In this document: piece after piece, positions 46,226 to 48,127 of the stretch | How positions within the stretch are numbered: the first letter of the stretch is position 1 | Layout: each line of letters opens with the position of its first letter | Assembly (NCBI GenBank): GCA_049472175.1 | Contig: JBLIRF010000001.1 | Location: 1-48,127, forward strand | Reading direction: 5' to 3' | Source: Thermoplasmatota archaeon | GTDB lineage: Archaea > Thermoplasmatota > Penumbrarchaeia > Penumbrarchaeales > Penumbrarchaeaceae | DNA length: 48,127 nucleotides | Position numbers and translations under genes: made by a program | The notes under the pieces: model-generated | What the model was told of the DNA's origin: nothing | The model's database searches: none | What the model saw: the letters and a program-made list of their open reading frames with translations, nothing else

Positions 46226-46713
46226 GGGAACCTGCCTCCTATCTCCATGGAACCATCATGGATCGAAAGATACACAAGAAAGACCCAGCCGGTCCCGTCT
46301 CCATGGGTCCATCTTACGAACTCGCCCCCGGGTGGGCCAAATGTATATTCGGAATTGGATACTATGAGCATGGATTGAAGGCCGTCCGGAGTTGCCGAAA
46401 GAATACACGAAAGACCGGATAGCGGGTGCGATGTATCGTTGAACGATTTCCGAACATCGCGTCCATCCCAGACCAGGACGATCTCATCATCCAAGAGAGT
46501 GTCCGGCATGCCTGCTACTGAACCCTGCAGGTAGGCTATAAGGGAAATACCAAGGCTCCTTGCCTGGTAGTTCCTCAGATATACGAGGTCCTCATCATGG
46601 CCTTCGCTCTCCTGAATGAAAGAGAGGGCCCCGAATATGAGCCCCGCGGAGATGATCAGAAGGAACATCGAGGTTGCGGTCTCCATCCCGATCGTGTCAT
46701 TTGGATCCCTCAT
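46222..46713 (-). CDS. Small hypothetical protein with an N-terminal hydrophobic anchor (possible pilin-like class III signal)
   Basis: The N-terminus is MRDPNDTIGMETATSMFLLIISAGLIFGALSF. The ATG overlaps the upstream stop as ATGA at 46710-46713. The product is 163 aa. Confidence 0.45.
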   Translation of the reverse strand: MRDPNDTIGMETATSMFLLIISAGLIFGALSFIQESEGHDEDLVYLRNYQARSLGISLIAYLQGSVAGMPDTLLDDEIVLVWDGRDVRKSFNDTSHPLSGLSCILSATPDGLQSMLIVSNSEYTFGPPGGEFVRWTHGDGTGWVFLVYLSIHDGSMEIGGRFP

Positions 46714-47165
46714 TCTCCGGAACCCCCATAGATGGAAACCTCCATGACGCAGGGGAACATAACTGCACCATTGTCGATGAGAACGGTACAGCCATGAACG
46801 ATCGAGCGGTGTTCTGCCATTCCGACAGAACTGTCAAGGAACCCCTGAGAGAAGTGAAAGCTCAGAAAAAAGGACACCGACCTGAATGCCACTGTAACCT
46901 CCCCGCTCAGAGGGAACGGGCAGCTTTTAAAACTGTCCAGAGAGGAGATAGCTTCCATTTCAAGTATGCCATCCCCATCCGGGTCGAACCCTCTCCATGT
47001 CCTGATCGAACCTAGGACGAACACCCAATCCACCGGATCTTTTTCCGGACCATCACCTTCCATTGTTCCCACGCCGTATATCAAGGACAGTACAATAACA
47101 ATAGCAAGAGAGAATGCCAGCAGGTCCCCTGCACAGGAGACGGCACCAACGTCCCCAATCCTCAT
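46710..47165 (-). CDS. Small hypothetical protein with an N-terminal hydrophobic anchor; first gene of the operon
   Basis: I prefer the ATG at 47165 (MRIGDVGAVSCAGDLLAFSLAIVIVLSLIYG). A TATA-like box lies about 31 nt upstream, inside the longer ORF-track model that runs to 47270. Confidence 0.4.
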   Translation of the reverse strand: MRIGDVGAVSCAGDLLAFSLAIVIVLSLIYGVGTMEGDGPEKDPVDWVFVLGSIRTWRGFDPDGDGILEMEAISSLDSFKSCPFPLSGEVTVAFRSVSFFLSFHFSQGFLDSSVGMAEHRSIVHGCTVLIDNGAVMFPCVMEVSIYGGSGE

Positions 47166-47188
47166 GACCGGAAAAGAAAGGAGATGGG

Positions 47189-47202
47189 ATTTAAAATTTA
47201 TC
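47189..47202 (-). promoter_or_regulatory. TATA-like box of the three-gene giant-protein operon
   Basis: The minus strand reads GATAAATTTTAAAT, centred about 31 nt upstream of the ATG at 47165. Confidence 0.35.
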
Positions 47203-47332
47203 TGACCAGTATCAGGACCGTTGTTTTGGCCTCGTTCAAATCTATCATTCCGCATGATCGAAGCCTGCATAATGGGGCAGGTTATGCCCTATCACGCCGA
47301 ATTTGGATCGTGACCCCATGGAGCAGATGAGC

Positions 47333-48127
47333 TCAGACCACACCATGATCTATCATGGAATCTGCCACCTTGATGAAGCCAGCAATGTTGGCTCCGACAA
47401 CAAGGTTCCCCTTGTGTCCGTACTTCTCGGCAGCGTCCCAGGAATTCTTGTGGATGTTCACCATGATCTGATGGAGCTCCTGGTCGACCCTCTGGAAGGT
47501 CCAGGCGAGTCCCACATGGTTCTGGGCCATCTCGAGACCGGATGTGGCCACTCCTCCCGCATTGGCGGCTTTTGCCGGTCCGAAGAGTATCCCGCTCTCG
47601 ATGAAGTGGTCGACAGCTTCTGGAACGGTTGGCATGTTGGCACCCTCTGAAACGGCGATGCATCCGTTGTTAACGAGTGCTTTTGCCTCATCGAGGTTTA
47701 TCTCGTTCTGAGTGGCACACGGCATGGCCACATCGCAGGGTATCTCCCATGGCCTCTTGCCGGGTATGTATTGGACACCGAACTTGTCAGCGTATTCGGA
47801 GATCCGGCCCCTCCTGATGTTCTTGAGCTCCATGAGGAAATCCCATTTCTTTCCCGTTACACCATCGGGATCGTGGATATATCCGCCGGAATCAGAGAGC
47901 GTTATGACCTTACCACCAAGCTGGTTGACCTTCTGGACAGCATACTGGGCAACATTACCGGACCCGGAAATGGTGACGGTCTTCCCCTTGAATGACTCGC
48001 CCCTGGTCTTGAGCATCTCCTCTGCAAAATACGTCGCTCCGTAACCTGTAGCTTCCGGTCTCGCCAGGGAACCCCCCCAGTTGATCCCCTTCCCGGTCAG
48101 AACGGATTCGAACCTGTTCACGAGTTT
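47333..48127 (-). CDS. gdhA: Glutamate dehydrogenase, C-terminal (NAD(P)-binding) part; the 5' end lies outside the window
   Basis: The product reads GGSLARPEATGYGATYFAEEML followed by the Rossmann motif GKTVTISGSGNVAQYAVQK. The frame stays open to the window edge. Confidence 0.9.
   Translation of the reverse strand, partial: KLVNRFESVLTGKGINWGGSLARPEATGYGATYFAEEMLKTRGESFKGKTVTISGSGNVAQYAVQKVNQLGGKVITLSDSGGYIHDPDGVTGKKWDFLMELKNIRRGRISEYADKFGVQYIPGKRPWEIPCDVAMPCATQNEINLDEAKALVNNGCIAVSEGANMPTVPEAVDHFIESGILFGPAKAANAGGVATSGLEMAQNHVGLAWTFQRVDQELHQIMVNIHKNSWDAAEKYGHKGNLVVGANIAGFIKVADSMIDHGVV

Noticed and set aside
47166-47270. An N-terminal 35-residue extension of the first operon gene containing ERGQ, which resembles a class III signal cleavage motif
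   Set aside because: No hydrophobic segment follows this RGQ. The TATA-like box lies inside the extension, so the ATG at 47165 is the more plausible start.
1-48127. A scan for CRISPR arrays, transposases, integrases, IS ends, tRNA or rRNA genes, and for TAG or TGA recoding
   Set aside because: I saw no regularly spaced direct repeats, no recombinase-like ORFs and no RNA genes. TGA, TAA and TAG all occur as ordinary stops; TAG ends the HTH regulator, hflX and the KaiC-like gene. No in-frame stop interrupts a recognisable gene.

Overview
The window is an archaeal chromosomal fragment. The markers are DNA topoisomerase VI subunits B and A, the PolD small subunit DP1, diphthine synthase, an AglB/STT3 oligosaccharyltransferase and an archaea-specific long HTH regulator. 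TATA-like boxes sit about 25-30 nt upstream of several start codons. All family calls come from motifs read by eye in the supplied translations; no searches were run. I can support about 30 protein-coding genes. I found no rRNA, tRNA, CRISPR array, transposase or integrase.

Two kinds of content alternate. (1) Ordinary housekeeping genes: argF, DP1, hflX, galU, a second sugar-nucleotidyltransferase, a CX5R phosphatase, a radical SAM enzyme, top6B-top6A-dphB, and a partial gdhA. (2) A heavy cell-envelope and accessory load. Four ORFs of 1282, 2552, 1338 and 1544 codons together cover 20,160 nt, or 42% of the window.

Best candidates for something undescribed:
(a) A translationally coupled three-gene operon at 41591-47165. 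It has two small N-terminally anchored proteins and a 1544-aa protein with no recognisable catalytic domain apart from a possible lamin-tail-like module. A bacterial-type RsgA GTPase follows 12 nt later.
(b) An AglB whose catalytic core is fused to a roughly 1,500-residue array of CarboxypepD_reg/Cna-B-like and CARDB-like domains, plus a second membrane anchor. A DUF1616-DUF58-membrane operon sits directly upstream.
(c) A strongly divergent DHH/DHHA1-like protein.
(d) A coiled-coil protein with a CorA-like C-terminal membrane hairpin.
(e) A KaiC/RecA-like protein with degenerate Walker A and B motifs, paired divergently with a secreted protein.
(f) A small protein with a Lys/Pro-rich, H1-like linker and a winged-helix-like C-terminus.

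Start codons are often uncertain because many are GTG or TTG.
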